A stretch of DNA of 64,000 nt, from contig CAWFJP010000023.1 in assembly GCA_963816145.1 (NCBI GenBank), positions 20,156 through 84,155 of the forward strand, written 5' to 3'. The notes beneath the pieces are model-generated. The model worked only from the letters and a program-made list of their open reading frames with translations. It was not told where the DNA came from and made no database searches. The first letter of the stretch is position 1; each line of letters opens with the position of its first letter. Below are positions 11,151-22,431 of this stretch, piece by piece. The translations under genes and the position numbers were made by a program. The stretch is from an uncultured delta proteobacterium. Lineage in GTDB: Bacteria > Desulfobacterota > Binatia > UBA9968.

Positions 11151-11310
11151 TCTCACAGGAGATAACCGAGGAAACAGAGGCTAATTTAAAAATCATCTCC
11201 GTTCTCTCCGTTGCCTCCTGTGCGAATTCAAATCTGAAACCTGACACCCGAATTCCAACCTTCTCGATCAATGCTTACCGATCACCCATCTTCTACCCTC
11301 GACACTCGAC
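11151..11310 (+). repeat. ~160-bp direct repeat, copy 2
   Basis: Second copy of 10193-10349; preceded by 7-bp periodic CTCGACA/CTCGTCA repeats from ~11055. Confidence 0.9.
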
Positions 11311-11351
11311 GTTCGCCCGGCGCAGTTCGCGGGGCGGCAACGCGAATTGGT

Positions 11352-13020
11352 TCAGGATTTTTGCCGATCGTTGGCCGGCGCCTGATACCATTGGTCCTTG
11401 GGTACCACCTTGGGCACTTCCGGGTCGCCCTCGTAGGCCGGCGTCATGATCTGCACGCCGTGCTCGTTGAAGACATCGAGGATATTTTGGTGCATCGCGG
11501 TATAGAGCCGCGCCATGGCGTGAGGATCATCGCAGTAGGCATTCAGTTCGTAGGTCACGGCGAAGTCGCCGAGCGACTTCTGCAGCACGAATGGCGCGGG
11601 CTCCTTGAGCAGCCCCGGAGTGCGTTGCGCGGCGAGCAACAGCATGGCCTCGACCTGCCGCCAGGGGGTTTCGTAACCGATCCCGACGGTGGTGTGCAGG
11701 ATCAAGCCGCGGCTGCGGGCGAGCGTGCTGTAGTTCATGATGTTGCTGTTGATGATTGTCGAATTTGGCACGACGACCTCTTCGTTTTTGACCGTGCGCA
11801 GGTGCGTCACCATGAGCCGCCTTTCCGTCACATCGCCGATGACATTGTCGACACTGATACGGTCGCCGACCTTGAAGGCGCGCCGGTAGATCATGGTATA
11901 GCCGGCCATCATGTTGCCGATGACCGACGAGGAGCCCAGCGAAACCATCAAGCCAAGAAAGATCGACACCCCCTTGAACGCTTCCGAACTCGATCCGGGA
12001 ATATAGGGATACGCGATCACCGCCGCGAAGGCGATGATGACCAGCCGCGCGATCCGATATGTCGGCAGCGCCCACTCACGGTCGAAGCGCGCAAGCGTGA
12101 CGGTGCCGCGATCGACGCTGTCGAAATACAGCCGCGTCAGGCGTAGGACATAGCGCGTCACGATTACAACCACGGCGACAAACGCGATTCCGGGTAGACT
12201 GTCGATCAATCCCAGGCCCATGGTCTGTAAAGGGCTCGAGCAGGATCGCCAGCAGTCGCAGCGCCAGCGGCCGCGTCCACGGATACAGGAAAAGCACAAA
12301 GTGGAGGTAGAGATAGCCGAGCGCCAACAGGGACGACAGATAAAGCCCTCTGAGAATGGCGAACAGCGCGCTACTCAATTGCCGCGCCTGCACCAGTTGG
12401 TGCGACTGCGCTTCGAAAGCATGGATGCGGTCTTTGAAGCGCCGCTCGGCGATGGCGTCGAGCTTGCGGAATATGCGGCGAACAGCCAGCAGCGCAATCG
12501 CCAGCAGCACCGTCGCGCCGAGCGCGTACGCCGTATTGATCAGCAGCACCCGCGGGCTGCGGTCATTGCGGTAAGATGCGATCGCCGCCGTGATTTTCAT
12601 CAGCGCCCCTTCGGCCAATAACTGTCGGGAGATACCTTCCGCCGCGGCATCGGCATCGAAAAAGGCCAACACCAGACCGTCGCCGGCCATAATTCTGGTC
12701 CTGTCTTCTATCTCGGACACGCGCAGCGACCCGGCGGTCACAGACTCATCGGCCGCGATCGTTTGAATGCGCTTGCTAATCGCCTTGGCGCGATCTCCGG
12801 CCGGGTACGCCAGGATGCCGCGCACCTGAAATAGCACCTCCCCATCGAGCGTGACGGGCGCGCGCTCATACTCCGCTGCATCGGTCCCGGAGGGTTCCGT
12901 CGCCGAGCCATTGCTCCGTGTTGTAGCGGTTGCCGCCCGCGCATCTTGGGCGACCGGCATCGCGAGCGTTGCCAGAATCGCGCCTATGATCAGAACCATC
13001 ATCGAAATAGATCTGTGCAT
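11352..13020 (-). CDS. Mechanosensitive channel MscS family with N-terminal periplasmic domain (frameshift near 12225)
   Basis: AFKGVSIFLGL..SLGSSS, RAFKVGDRI, VVPNS, IGYETPW, LGDFAVTYELN, GVQIMTP; N-terminal half in ORF 12076-13086. Confidence 0.85.
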
Positions 13021-13315
13021 GAAAAACTCTCCTGCCAAGTAATTAAGCGGGCGGGTGAGCAGCGGCAACGCGCTCACTTGCCGCATCCATCTCCGGTAAG
13101 TATCTGACGCCTGGCGATTTGTCGAACGGAGATATCCGCTGCCAATGTTTTTTCATCTTTATATTCTCTCTTGCCCCTCGCTACCCGACCGAGTTTATTA
13201 CGTTCAGTGCGCATGTGGTGTGACTAGACGAATTCCCCTACTTGTCGAAGGAAGAGCACACTTCGGCACCCGTTCGCGCCTTGCTAGCAAACTTTGCTCC
13301 GGTTAGGCTTCGACC

Positions 13316-13642
13316 ATGCTTGAAGATCCAATGGTACTATCTCCCGAAGATCTGCGCGCGCGGCTGCGTCCGTTCTGTGAGAAGCACCACATCCAGCGGT
13401 TGGAGGTTTTTGGGTCTGGCGCACGCGGGGCAATAACGCCGAGCAGTGATATAGATTTGCTGGTGACGCTCGATCAGTCCGCGCCGGTCTCGACTGCTGA
13501 GCTGCTGGAAATCGCCGGCGAGGCGGAAGAAGTGGTGGGTCGCCCAGTTGATTTTGTCTTGCGTACGTCCCTGGAAAAATCGCCAAACCGCTATGCTCGC
13601 GAGCACATCCTGGCCACCGCCTTGTGCTTGTATGGAAACTGA
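13316..13642 (+). CDS. Minimal nucleotidyltransferase (MNT/MntA-type antitoxin)
   Basis: VFGS.ARG...SDIDLLV motif and GRPVD. Confidence 0.88.
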   Translation: MLEDPMVLSPEDLRARLRPFCEKHHIQRLEVFGSGARGAITPSSDIDLLVTLDQSAPVSTAELLEIAGEAEEVVGRPVDFVLRTSLEKSPNRYAREHILATALCLYGN

Positions 13643-13973
13643 CCAACTCGGCCGCCTTCGTGACATTCTGGAGGCGCCTCGGCTCATTGCCCTGTACGTC
13701 AACGACACAACGGAATCCGCTTTCCGTTCGGATTTACAAAAACAAGACGCCGTGATTCGGCGCATCGAAATCATCGGCGAGGCCGCAGCGCATTTGACTG
13801 AGGCTACGCGATAGCTCATCCCTCAACTCCCTTTGCGAAAAATGCGCGGCATGCGCAACCTCGTGGCGCATGATTACGCAAACGTGAATCTGCAGATTGT
13901 CTGGGAGGTCACTACGATGCACGTCCCGGAAATTTATGCCATCCTAGAAAGGTTCCTCGCCCAGCAAGAATAA
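13632..13973 (+). pseudogene. HepT/DUF86 HEPN ribonuclease toxin with internal TAG stop at 13812-13814
   Basis: QDAVIRRIEIIGEAA before the stop; the same frame continues LIPQLPLRKMRGMRNLVAHDY...VWEV to TAA 13973, so the RxxxxH motif is downstream of the stop. Confidence 0.85.
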
Positions 13974-14235
13974 TCGGGCAAGCGACCGCAGGCCAACCGG
14001 CAGGCGGCGCAAGACCTTCAAGATAAAGTTAACAACGCGTCACTTCCTCCCAAGAGTAAACAGAGCAAAGCGAGAGGCGCCGGACGAGTATCGAGAAAAA
14101 GATCAGTCGTGTTTTTCGCACAGTAGCTGACCGAGAAAACCGAGTTTAATGCAAAATTCATCTTCGTTCTCTCCGTTGCCTCCTGTTGGTTTTCCTACCT
14201 CTCGTCACTCGTCCCGCGACACTCTCATTCTCTCG

Positions 14236-15232
14236 TCACTTGTCGAATGCGAAGATGCGCTTCCAGTCGTCCTTCATGCTGATCATATTCCAGCCGTTCT
14301 TCTTCGCCTGCGCCATCAGCGCATCGGTGAACGTGCCAACTTTGGACTTCGGCCCGTACGCGTACTCGCGCTTGTCGTCGTCGTGGTGCACCAGCATCAT
14401 CAGCCGCGCCCCGTCGCCCGCCTGGGTGTATTCGAGCATTTGCTTGTCGCCGACGGAGTTGCCGAAGGCCGCGACAGGTCGCCGGCCGATCATCAGATGT
14501 ATCCCCTCCGGCTTGCCGGCGCTGTCGTCGTTCAATAGCAGCTTGGGCACTTTGACGAGGTTCGGCTTGCCGCTCTTGTCGTAAACAAAATTGGTTGCGC
14601 CGGCGCTGCCGACCACCTGCTCGGGCGGGATTCCGTAGACTTGTTCTGAATACACGCGCACGAAATCCTGGCCGCCGCCGGTGACGAAATAGGTTTTGTA
14701 ACCATTGGCGCGAAACAGCTTCAGCACTTCCTGCATCGGCTGATAGGTAAGGTCGGTAAACAGCCGGTCGAAACGCGGATGCTTGGCGCTGGCAAGCCAC
14801 TTTTTCGCCTCGGCGTTGAACTCATCCACCGTCATGCCGGTAAGGGTAGCGGCGAGAATCATTTCTAACTGCGGCATCGTGAACTTGGCCATCGCCTCAC
14901 GATTGCCCGACAGCACTGTCTTGAACGGCTCGACGATTTTCAAATCCGGCTTCGCCTTGACCACCGCCGGAACGCGATCCAAACAGTAGATCAATTGCGT
15001 GTACATCGGCTGCTCGACCCAGGTCGTGCCGTCCTGATCGAAGGTCGCGATGCGCGCCTCCGGCGCGACGAACTTCGCGACTGCTCTTTTCCGTGGTCGC
15101 CTTGACGAACTCGACGATCGCCTTTTTCGCCGCGCCGTCGTTCCACGACGGCAGCGGGTCGCTCTGAGCGAAAGCTTGCGCGGCCGCCAGCAAAAAGATG
15201 AATGCTGCGAGCGGAGTTCTGTTTGGCATCAT
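14236..15232 (-). CDS. Exported HAD-family hydrolase/phosphatase (frameshift near 15070)
   Basis: Signal + DPLPSWNDGAAKKAIVEFV; RIATFDQDGT in second frame; YQPM.E.L, GNSVGDKQML, HHDD.KREYAYG. Confidence 0.85.
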
Positions 15233-15458
15233 AGGTCTCACGGGAAGTCTCCTTCTTATCATTTGTTGTACCCGATGTAACCGCGGACAGCGGAGGTCGA
15301 GGCCACGATCACTCGTGCCATCCGCACAGGAGCTAATAGAGAGAACAGAGAAAACAGAGGTTAAGCTGACTTTAGTCTTCGTCTCTGTTCTCTCCATTGT
15401 CTCCGGTAAAAACTCAACGCAAGATAAGATGCAACGGCGCAGAGGGTTTACAATCAAC

Positions 15459-15480
15459 GGGCGGCCCATTTGGGCCGCCC
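15459..15480 (-). terminator. GC-rich hairpin downstream of arylsulfatase
   Basis: GGGCGGCCC ATTT GGGCCGCCC perfect 9-bp stem ~40 nt after the stop. Confidence 0.5.
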
Positions 15481-15518
15481 GCTCAGGCGCAATTCACAAT
15501 CTGCAATCCGCTTCCGGC

Positions 15519-17246
15519 CTATGAACTCGGGTGGCCGGCCGCCTGCATTTGCTTAAGAATCCCGTCCAGGTTGTAGGTTTCCGGCGCCTGCATCGGCGGG
15601 AAATCCTTGTACGAAAAAAGCTCCTTCTCCCAGAGCAACTGCCCGAGCGGCAGCATGTTCCAGTTGTAAATATAAGCGTTGCCGGCGGAACCAATTGATC
15701 CGCCGTAGCCAATGATTGACTTCGCATCGGCACCGACCGTCTGCTCGAAGGGATCACGCTTGATGTTGGTGAGCTGGGTCCAGTGGTAGGTAACCGCGCC
15801 AAACAGCCCGCCGACCGCGGTGTCGGGCACCATCGTGTAGTACATTTTCCAGTTCTTGTAGCGCACCGCCGACGGTTGCGATCCCGTATAGTAGAAGAAA
15901 ACTTCACGCGCCGACTTCTCGGACTTGCCTTCGAGGTAGTCAGTCTGGTCGACGCCGTCGAGCTTGGTCTTGCGGATCCCAGGATACTTGCCGGCCATGA
16001 TCTGCTCGTTAAGCGCAGTGCCTTTCGGTCCGCCGGCGATGTTGACCAGCGTCGGCAACCAGTCCAATGCGGCGAACAATCCGTTCTTGACCGTGCCCGG
16101 CTTGATGTGGCCGGGCCAGCGGACCACCAGCGGAGCCTTCATGCCGCCTTCCCACGTGGTCAGCTTGCCGCCCTTGAAGGGGGTGGTGCCGCCGTCCGGG
16201 AAAGTTATATTCTCGGCGCCATTGTCAGTCGTGAAGACAAGAATGGTGTTGTCGAGTTCACCCATATCCTCGAGCTTTTTGATCACATAGCCGATGTTGT
16301 CATCCAACTGCTTCATGCCGGCTTCGTTAAGGCCCCAGTCCTTGCCGCCTGGTTCGCCGACCATGGCCTCGTATTTCGGCGGGAGTACAGTTGTGATATG
16401 CATGCGCGCCGGGTTGTACCAGACGAAGAAAGGCTTGTTGGTCTTCTTCGGGTCGTTGCGGTCGAGATAATCGATGACCTTGGACGAGATTTCTTCGTCC
16501 ACTGTCTTCGACCGCTCCAGCGTTAACGGACCCTGGTCTTGGCATGTCTGATTCGCCTGGGTGCCATCACTGGACCTGCACCAAATGACCGGGCGCGGCG
16601 GGGTCAGGCAGGTCGAGGTCCGCGGATCCAAGCCACCGGGGACCTCCGGCAAGCCAGGGACCGGTGAGTTCCGGCACGGCGGCGCGATCCCTTGGACAAG
16701 TGGGGTTTTGTTTAAGTCGACGAAGCTCACGCCTTGCATGGCGTCGAGGTGGTACAGGTAACCCCAGTATTCCTGGAAGCCGTGCGCGGTCGGCAGGGAC
16801 TCGGCGTGATCGCCCAAGTGATTCTTGCCGAACTCGCCGGTGTTGTAACCAAGGTCGAGCAGGAACTTGGCCACCGCCGGCGTGCCGGCGCGCAGCCACG
16901 ACGGGCTGCCGGGCAGCTGCGGCGGAATCATGCCGGTGCGCAGCGGCGTCATGCCGGTAAAGAAGGCATTGCGCCCTGCCGTGCAGCTCTGCTCTGTCAG
17001 ATAGTCCATGAAGATCGCGCCCTCTTGACCGATGCGGTCGATGTTGGGCGTTTCGCCGACCATTAAACCACGGTGATAGATGCTCGGCTGCATCCAGCCG
17101 ATGTCATCGCCCATGATGAACATGATATTCGGTTTCTTCTGCTGCGCCGCCGCTGGTCCTGCTATTAGGCCCAGCAATGCCAGCAATATGAATGTTGTCA
17201 TTGAAAACTTTTTCCCGTATCTCATAAAATCTCTCCTCTTCTCCAT
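15519..17246 (-). CDS. Exported arylsulfatase (Cys-type, FGly-dependent)
   Basis: KPNIMFIMGDDIG, TPNIDRI, SCTAGRNAF.TG, GKNHLGD, TDNG, GGK.TTWEGG motifs; signal peptide. Confidence 0.93.
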   Translation of the reverse strand: MEKRRDFMRYGKKFSMTTFILLALLGLIAGPAAAQQKKPNIMFIMGDDIGWMQPSIYHRGLMVGETPNIDRIGQEGAIFMDYLTEQSCTAGRNAFFTGMTPLRTGMIPPQLPGSPSWLRAGTPAVAKFLLDLGYNTGEFGKNHLGDHAESLPTAHGFQEYWGYLYHLDAMQGVSFVDLNKTPLVQGIAPPCRNSPVPGLPEVPGGLDPRTSTCLTPPRPVIWCRSSDGTQANQTCQDQGPLTLERSKTVDEEISSKVIDYLDRNDPKKTNKPFFVWYNPARMHITTVLPPKYEAMVGEPGGKDWGLNEAGMKQLDDNIGYVIKKLEDMGELDNTILVFTTDNGAENITFPDGGTTPFKGGKLTTWEGGMKAPLVVRWPGHIKPGTVKNGLFAALDWLPTLVNIAGGPKGTALNEQIMAGKYPGIRKTKLDGVDQTDYLEGKSEKSAREVFFYYTGSQPSAVRYKNWKMYYTMVPDTAVGGLFGAVTYHWTQLTNIKRDPFEQTVGADAKSIIGYGGSIGSAGNAYIYNWNMLPLGQLLWEKELFSYKDFPPMQAPETYNLDGILKQMQAAGHPSS

Positions 17247-17280
17247 ATTTATACGTCAGTGATTGCCGTTCTTGAGCCGT

Positions 17281-17601
17281 CTACACGCCGCAGGCGAACT
17301 TGATCTCGGCGATTCGTTCGTCGATCCGTTTGTTATATTCACCGGTCGCAACCCTAAGCTTTGTCCCTGTAGTCCCGGTAACCAGGCCAAGGACGATCCC
17401 AGCTGGAACAAGCGATGTAACCCCGGCGACAACTTGCCTTGCCACATGGGCTTTTTCCGATTCCAGGACACGTATATCTCCTTCGGCGACGTCACAGTTG
17501 ATTGGCTGCTTGAGCGACTTTTCAACGCTCCTTTCCTGGAACGCGCACCCCGTCAGCGTCATCGCGGCAAAAATAATTACGACTTGCTTCTTCATGGTCA
17601 C
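17281..17601 (-). CDS. Small lipoprotein, hypothetical
   Basis: Lipobox LTGC; PINC..AEGDIRVLESEK...ATGEYN.RID.RIAEIK..CG. Confidence 0.75.
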   Translation of the reverse strand: MTMKKQVVIIFAAMTLTGCAFQERSVEKSLKQPINCDVAEGDIRVLESEKAHVARQVVAGVTSLVPAGIVLGLVTGTTGTKLRVATGEYNKRIDERIAEIKFACGV

Positions 17602-17777
17602 ATCCCCCTTTTAGGCTTCTCCTTTTACCTGCGTAATACCTATAAACTTCATTTGATTTCAGAATTGTTACAGGTTCGAGCAAATGCGTTTATAGCGATA
17701 ATTCATTCGCGAATTTCTCCAGGCTGTAGATGCGATGTCGGGGGAGCTGGCAGGCGGCAGAAAACCCGATGGCCGAC

Positions 17778-18104
17778 TTACCGATTCCACTGTTCCAATT
17801 TTATTGTGGAATCGCCTGACTCGACGACCTTCGCTTCGCAAATTCGGATATCGTCCAACTTCCCAAGCACCTTGACGGCGCCAATCAACGCGCGAAATCC
17901 TTCCGATGATAAATAAGCGTGCATCGCTGTCGCTTCGGACCATTGCTCCAGGAGCAATAAATGGGTTGGCGCCATGGCGTCTTCATATGCCCGCCTTTCC
18001 AAACAACCCGCCGGCAAATTATCGGACAACCACATTTTGCACGTCTGCATCAACTCCCGTCGTAGCTCGGGTTCAACTTCCGCTCTGATCGATATGCCAA
18101 TCAC
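17778..18104 (-). CDS. ABM (antibiotic biosynthesis monooxygenase)-like dimeric alpha/beta barrel protein
   Basis: GC.....YED......LLLEQW....M..YL.SE.FRALIGA pattern; lies downstream of a sigma-54 promoter. Confidence 0.7.
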   Translation of the reverse strand: MIGISIRAEVEPELRRELMQTCKMWLSDNLPAGCLERRAYEDAMAPTHLLLLEQWSEATAMHAYLSSEGFRALIGAVKVLGKLDDIRICEAKVVESGDSTIKLEQWNR

Positions 18105-18161
18105 AGGTTAGGCTTCCGCTGGAAAAGCATCTCTGGTCGCTTCCAGCGAGAACTGCTGTGA

Positions 18162-18176
18162 GCAGTTATCAGGCCA
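18162..18176 (-). promoter_or_regulatory. Sigma-54 -24/-12 promoter
   Basis: Minus strand TGGCCTGATAACTGC (GG-N10-GC) ~57 nt upstream of the ABM gene, next to a bEBP gene. Confidence 0.7.
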
Positions 18177-18304
18177 AATCTCCAACGAGTGGATCACAGC
18201 AGTCAGAAGGTTAGTATTATCAATGAGCTACGAAACTTCGTTACGACTATGTTAAGCGCACAAAGCTTTAGCGGCTCGCCACTGAGATCTCAGGATATGG
18301 CGAA

Positions 18305-18322
18305 GTCTCAAAATGTTGAGAC
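18305..18322. promoter_or_regulatory. Candidate enhancer (UAS) for the sigma-54 activator
   Basis: Near-perfect palindrome GTCTCAAAATGTTGAGAC ~130 nt upstream of the -24 box; IHF-like TATCAATGAGCTA at 18218-18230 in between. Confidence 0.5.
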
Positions 18323-18487
18323 CGGCGGCAGGCAGTTCAAGTCGTCAAAAACAATTGATCTAACAAGGCAATGGATGACAGAGGCATTCAGGAATGATCG
18401 ATCCGAGGAGGAACTGACTCTTAAGGTAGGAGAGTTCTGGAAGCGGGAGTTTGAAGTAGAGTATCAGTGTTTTTCGTTAGGGCAAAT

Positions 18488-21400
18488 TTATTTCTGGGTT
18501 TGCCCTGGTGTATAGCCCGAGATTTTGGTCAATCCCAGTTTTTTCATGCGGAACCTGAGCGTCGATGGATGAAGTTTTAGCATCGCCGCCGAACCGTTAG
18601 GCCCATTGATACGCCACCCGGTCGCCTCAAGCGCCCGCAGAATGTGGTCCCGCTCTGCTTCGTTCAACGACGATACGCTGGTCGATTCGTAGGAATGCTT
18701 AACCTCGCTGAGAGCTGTATTCGTTGCTTGAAGTAGCGGTTCAGGCAAGCGCAAAACGCCATCCGATGAGACGATCACCGCCCGCTCGATCACGTTTTGC
18801 AGTTCGCGGATGTTACCCGGCCAGTTATACTCCGTGAATGCGCGCATCACTTGCGCCGGCACTTCGCTGATAGTCTTGCCCAAACGTTCCCCGAGCTGTC
18901 GCGCATAATGGCTTACCAGCAATGGAATGTCTTCCCGTCGTTGCGACAGCGGGGGAATGGTAATCGGATAGACATTGAGCCGATAATAAAGATCCTGGCG
19001 GAACCGGCCCGCCGAGACCTCGTCATGCAATTTGCGGTTGGTTGCCGCAATGACTCGGACCTTGACCTTGATCGTGCTCGAACCACCGACCCGCTCAAAC
19101 TCGCCTTCCTGCAGCACGCGCAAAAGTTTCGCTTGCGTCCCGGCGGGCAGCTCCCCGACTTCATCGAGCAGGATCGTGCCACCGTCGGCGAGCTCGAATC
19201 GGCCTTTGCGTTGGCGCTCCGCGCCTGTAAAGGCGCCTTTTTCATGGCCAAACAGTTCGCTCTCGACGAGAGCCTCAGGCAGCGTTGCGCAGTTCACCTT
19301 TATGTATGGCCGGTCGAATCGGGAACTTCTGTCGTGGATCGCGCGCGCAATGAGTTCCTTGCCCACGCCAGTCTCGCCCTGCAACAGCACGGTGGCGTCG
19401 GTCTTAGCCACTTGCTCCACCCGCGTGAGCACATATTTCAAGGCGTCGCTCTTGCCGACGATTTCTTCGAAGCCCTTTACCTCGGAAATCTCCTCCTTTA
19501 GATAGAGGTTTTCCTCCTCGAGACGCTCTTTAAGGCCGCGGATCTCGTCGAAAGCCGCGTTGAGATCATGCTCCGCCTGCTTGCGCGCGGTGACATCGCT
19601 GATCGAAGCCAAAACGAACAGTCCTCGCGGCGTGCGCAGCGGACTAAGGCCGATTTCGAGCGGGACTTCACTGCCGTCTTTGCGGCGGCCGAAAATTTCA
19701 CCATTGGCGCCCATCGGGCGCAATTGTGGATCGGCAACGTAATTTTGCCGATCTCGCAAATGATTGACGCGGAACCGCTCGGGAATCAGCATTTCGATGG
19801 GTTGGCCGATCAGCTGGCCGCGCGAGTAACCGAAAAGCGCCTCCGCGGCCGCGTTGACCGAACTGATAATGCCCGCGCGATCCACCAGGATCATGCCATT
19901 GGGCGCCGCCTCGAGAATTTGCCGCGAGCGCTCTTCGGCCTGCTTGCGCTCGGTAATGTCCAATACCACGCCCATCCGGCGCCCTGCAGCGCCGCTGGAT
20001 TCATTACTGGCGCGACCGCGCGTCAGCACCCATCGCTCGCTGCCGTCGGGACCGACCACGCGAAATTCCCCTTCATAGGAGCTGCCGGCCTGTTGCATGC
20101 GTGCAACCTCGGCGGCGACACGGGCTCGATCATCAGGATGAACCGCGCCGAGCAGATCTTCGAATCGGAGCGCATCGTTCGCTGCTAAGCCGAACCATGT
20201 CCGCAAGCGCGGATTGGCCCACACTTCACCGCGTGCTAAATCGCGCACCCACAGGCCGAGCTCGCCGGCTTCGGTGGAGAGTTCCAAGAATTCCTGGCTC
20301 TCCCGAAGTTGAGTCTCCGCGCGACGGCGCCGCCTGCGTTGCAAAAGCAAACCAGAGATCATTGCCGCTTGAACCAGAATGGTGGCGAGTACGGCGATGA
20401 TGTACCAATGGTATTGCTCCCAGATTGAAGGCGAACGAAATCGAATAACTCTGCCTTGGGGTAATCGTGATTCGTCGATGCCCCAGCGCTTCAACTCGCG
20501 CCAGTCGTACTCTGGTGCCGCTGGTTTCAAGAATACGGGCTTGATACTACTTGCGGATGTCCCGTTAAGAATCCGGAGCGCTATTTGGGCCGACTGCCGG
20601 CTCACTTCCTGGTACGGAGACAACGGGCCGCCAACGATGCCCCCGCCGAGTTGATGATCAAAGATTCCGAAGATCGGGGCGTTACTATGTTGTCGAAGCA
20701 CATCGAGAGCTCTTTCCTGTTCGTAGGGCACACCGGCCGCGTCAACAACCAGTAGAAAATACACGATTGCTGAGTCAGGCGGGAGCCTGGACAAGCGCCG
20801 GTCTAGCTCCTCGAATGAGAGCTCATTGAGCCAATTGAATTGGACGCGTTTGGTTAAGTGCTGCGTATCCCGGCGGAATTCCGCCTGCCAGTATTTTTCG
20901 AAGGGCGAGTTGCCGGTTACGACTTCAATGTTCCTGGTTTTAGGCAAAATCCGCAAAATGTGTTCGACGATCCCCGCCAGATCCAGACTGATCCCGAACG
21001 CCGTAGCATTGCTGCGGTTTAGCTCGCCTACACGCCGATTGTCGGCGGCCACCACTAGCATGGGAACCTTCGGCAACAGAATGTCGCCGTGTCGCTGCAA
21101 GAAAAACATCGCCGGAGCGCCGATCGGCACAATCAGGTCCGGGGGTCGTTTAGTGAACAGGGCGCGCAAGTAGTTGACCAAGGGAGTTTCCGAACCGGCT
21201 TCGGCAAACATCGTGGATTCCAAGGAAGCCTCGAGAAAATCGATAGGGGCCGCCGATTGCCGGGCCAGTTCCGCGCGAAACGTCGTCGATACAGCTGTGA
21301 ACGGCGCAAAATTCCGACCAAACGAATGTAAGATTAATACCCGTCTGACTTGCGGCTTGTCGGTAGCTTTGCCCTCTTTGACCGCAGGAATGTTCTTCGC

Positions 21401-21553
21401 ATCCTGCGCCCTCGCAGGCAAACCTAGAATTAGTAAACACACCGCGACTAGCAGCAACCGATGCGAAAAATGAAATAGGGGTGAGATTCTAGTTTTTTGC
21501 GGACGTGCCCGCCGCGCAGGCAGTCCCAAACTTGAGGTAGGGGCAAATTCCAT
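18488..21553 (-). CDS. Membrane-bound sigma-54 enhancer-binding protein: periplasmic ABC-binding-like sensor, TM, 2 PAS, AAA+, Fis-HTH
   Basis: [51 protein letters not shown]-terminal HTH; start uncertain (ORF open to 21610). Confidence 0.92.
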   Translation of the reverse strand: MEFAPTSSLGLPARRARPQKTRISPLFHFSHRLLLVAVCLLILGLPARAQDAKNIPAVKEGKATDKPQVRRVLILHSFGRNFAPFTAVSTTFRAELARQSAAPIDFLEASLESTMFAEAGSETPLVNYLRALFTKRPPDLIVPIGAPAMFFLQRHGDILLPKVPMLVVAADNRRVGELNRSNATAFGISLDLAGIVEHILRILPKTRNIEVVTGNSPFEKYWQAEFRRDTQHLTKRVQFNWLNELSFEELDRRLSRLPPDSAIVYFLLVVDAAGVPYEQERALDVLRQHSNAPIFGIFDHQLGGGIVGGPLSPYQEVSRQSAQIALRILNGTSASSIKPVFLKPAAPEYDWRELKRWGIDESRLPQGRVIRFRSPSIWEQYHWYIIAVLATILVQAAMISGLLLQRRRRRRAETQLRESQEFLELSTEAGELGLWVRDLARGEVWANPRLRTWFGLAANDALRFEDLLGAVHPDDRARVAAEVARMQQAGSSYEGEFRVVGPDGSERWVLTRGRASNESSGAAGRRMGVVLDITERKQAEERSRQILEAAPNGMILVDRAGIISSVNAAAEALFGYSRGQLIGQPIEMLIPERFRVNHLRDRQNYVADPQLRPMGANGEIFGRRKDGSEVPLEIGLSPLRTPRGLFVLASISDVTARKQAEHDLNAAFDEIRGLKERLEEENLYLKEEISEVKGFEEIVGKSDALKYVLTRVEQVAKTDATVLLQGETGVGKELIARAIHDRSSRFDRPYIKVNCATLPEALVESELFGHEKGAFTGAERQRKGRFELADGGTILLDEVGELPAGTQAKLLRVLQEGEFERVGGSSTIKVKVRVIAATNRKLHDEVSAGRFRQDLYYRLNVYPITIPPLSQRREDIPLLVSHYARQLGERLGKTISEVPAQVMRAFTEYNWPGNIRELQNVIERAVIVSSDGVLRLPEPLLQATNTALSEVKHSYESTSVSSLNEAERDHILRALEATGWRINGPNGSAAMLKLHPSTLRFRMKKLGLTKISGYTPGQTQK

Positions 21554-21738
21554 TGCGAAACTCTTAGCCGGGTCGACGCCCGGCAATATACCGAGTGGTG
21601 CGCGCAACAATAACCGTTACCACGGCCGCGCTTCCCGATCGCCAGCTAGACTTGGCTGGCAGCACGATCGCGTTAGGGAACTAACCGTATCGAGTGCGAT
21701 CAGGCTCACTAAATCTATCGAAGAGTTAGAAAAGGATA

Positions 21739-21758
21739 TATTGGACCTTAGTCCAATA
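21739..21758. promoter_or_regulatory. Palindromic operator-like site TATTGGACCTTAGTCCAATA
   Basis: Perfect 8-4-8 palindrome upstream of the bEBP gene. Confidence 0.75.
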
Positions 21759-21930
21759 GGCGGACGTGCCGCGATTATCTCTGTTACCTCCTGTTAAGAA
21801 CCATCCCGTTGAGGATAGTGGGCCACCGTGCCGGCCCGAACCACAGTTGTTTGGTATGACGGATCAATTATGTTTTGGATCTCGGGGTCAAGACTCCATT
21901 ATCTGTCCTTCGAAACGAGAACCCACAAGA

Positions 21931-21950
21931 TATTGGACCTTGATCCAATG
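21931..21950. promoter_or_regulatory. Palindromic operator-like site TATTGGACCTTGATCCAATG
   Basis: Second copy 192 nt from the previous one. Confidence 0.65.
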
Positions 21951-21951
21951 G

Positions 21952-22356
21952 TTATCGCTTCGAATCGCCGGCGGTATGATTCACGATCGCCTGATGCACG
22001 TTTTCGAACATCAGCGGCTTTCTTAAGCACTGATAAATTCCACGATGCTCCAGCTCTGCCGGCTCAGGCACCGACCGAAACCCCACCATTCCCAGGATCA
22101 AGGCTTTCGGCACAAAAGTTCTCGCGTGGCGCAGAAGCGATTTCCAGTGCGGCATATCGAGATCAGATAGAACCACCGCGAGATCCAAATTTTTGTCTAT
22201 ACAGGAAATCGCCGCCTCACGGTCAGCAGCCTGAAACACCCGATAGCCATCATGTTGTAGCAACTCCGCGAGACTGATACGCGCAAGCGGATACGATTCC
22301 ACGACGAGAACTGCGGGCGGTAGAACTAGGGACGGATTCGCTGAGTACTCAATCAT
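21952..22356 (-). CDS. Single-domain response regulator (atypical receiver)
   Basis: VLVVES...R..L.ELL...GY.V, VLSDLDMP, LRKP. Confidence 0.7.
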   Translation of the reverse strand: MIEYSANPSLVLPPAVLVVESYPLARISLAELLQHDGYRVFQAADREAAISCIDKNLDLAVVLSDLDMPHWKSLLRHARTFVPKALILGMVGFRSVPEPAELEHRGIYQCLRKPLMFENVHQAIVNHTAGDSKR

Positions 22357-22431
22357 GTCAATAGTGCCAAAGTAATCGCCGCTTATTCCCATGAAGGAGA
22401 AAAACGGGGAGAGTTTGACGTTGTTCTATGA

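Noticed and set aside
13812-13814. Pyrrolysine or stop-codon recoding at HepT TAG
   Set aside because: TAG terminates many normal genes here and no pyl genes are present
9500-13973. TA pairs and flanking repeats as integron cassettes
   Set aside because: No RYYYAAC...GTTRRRY attC structure recognised and no integrase in the window
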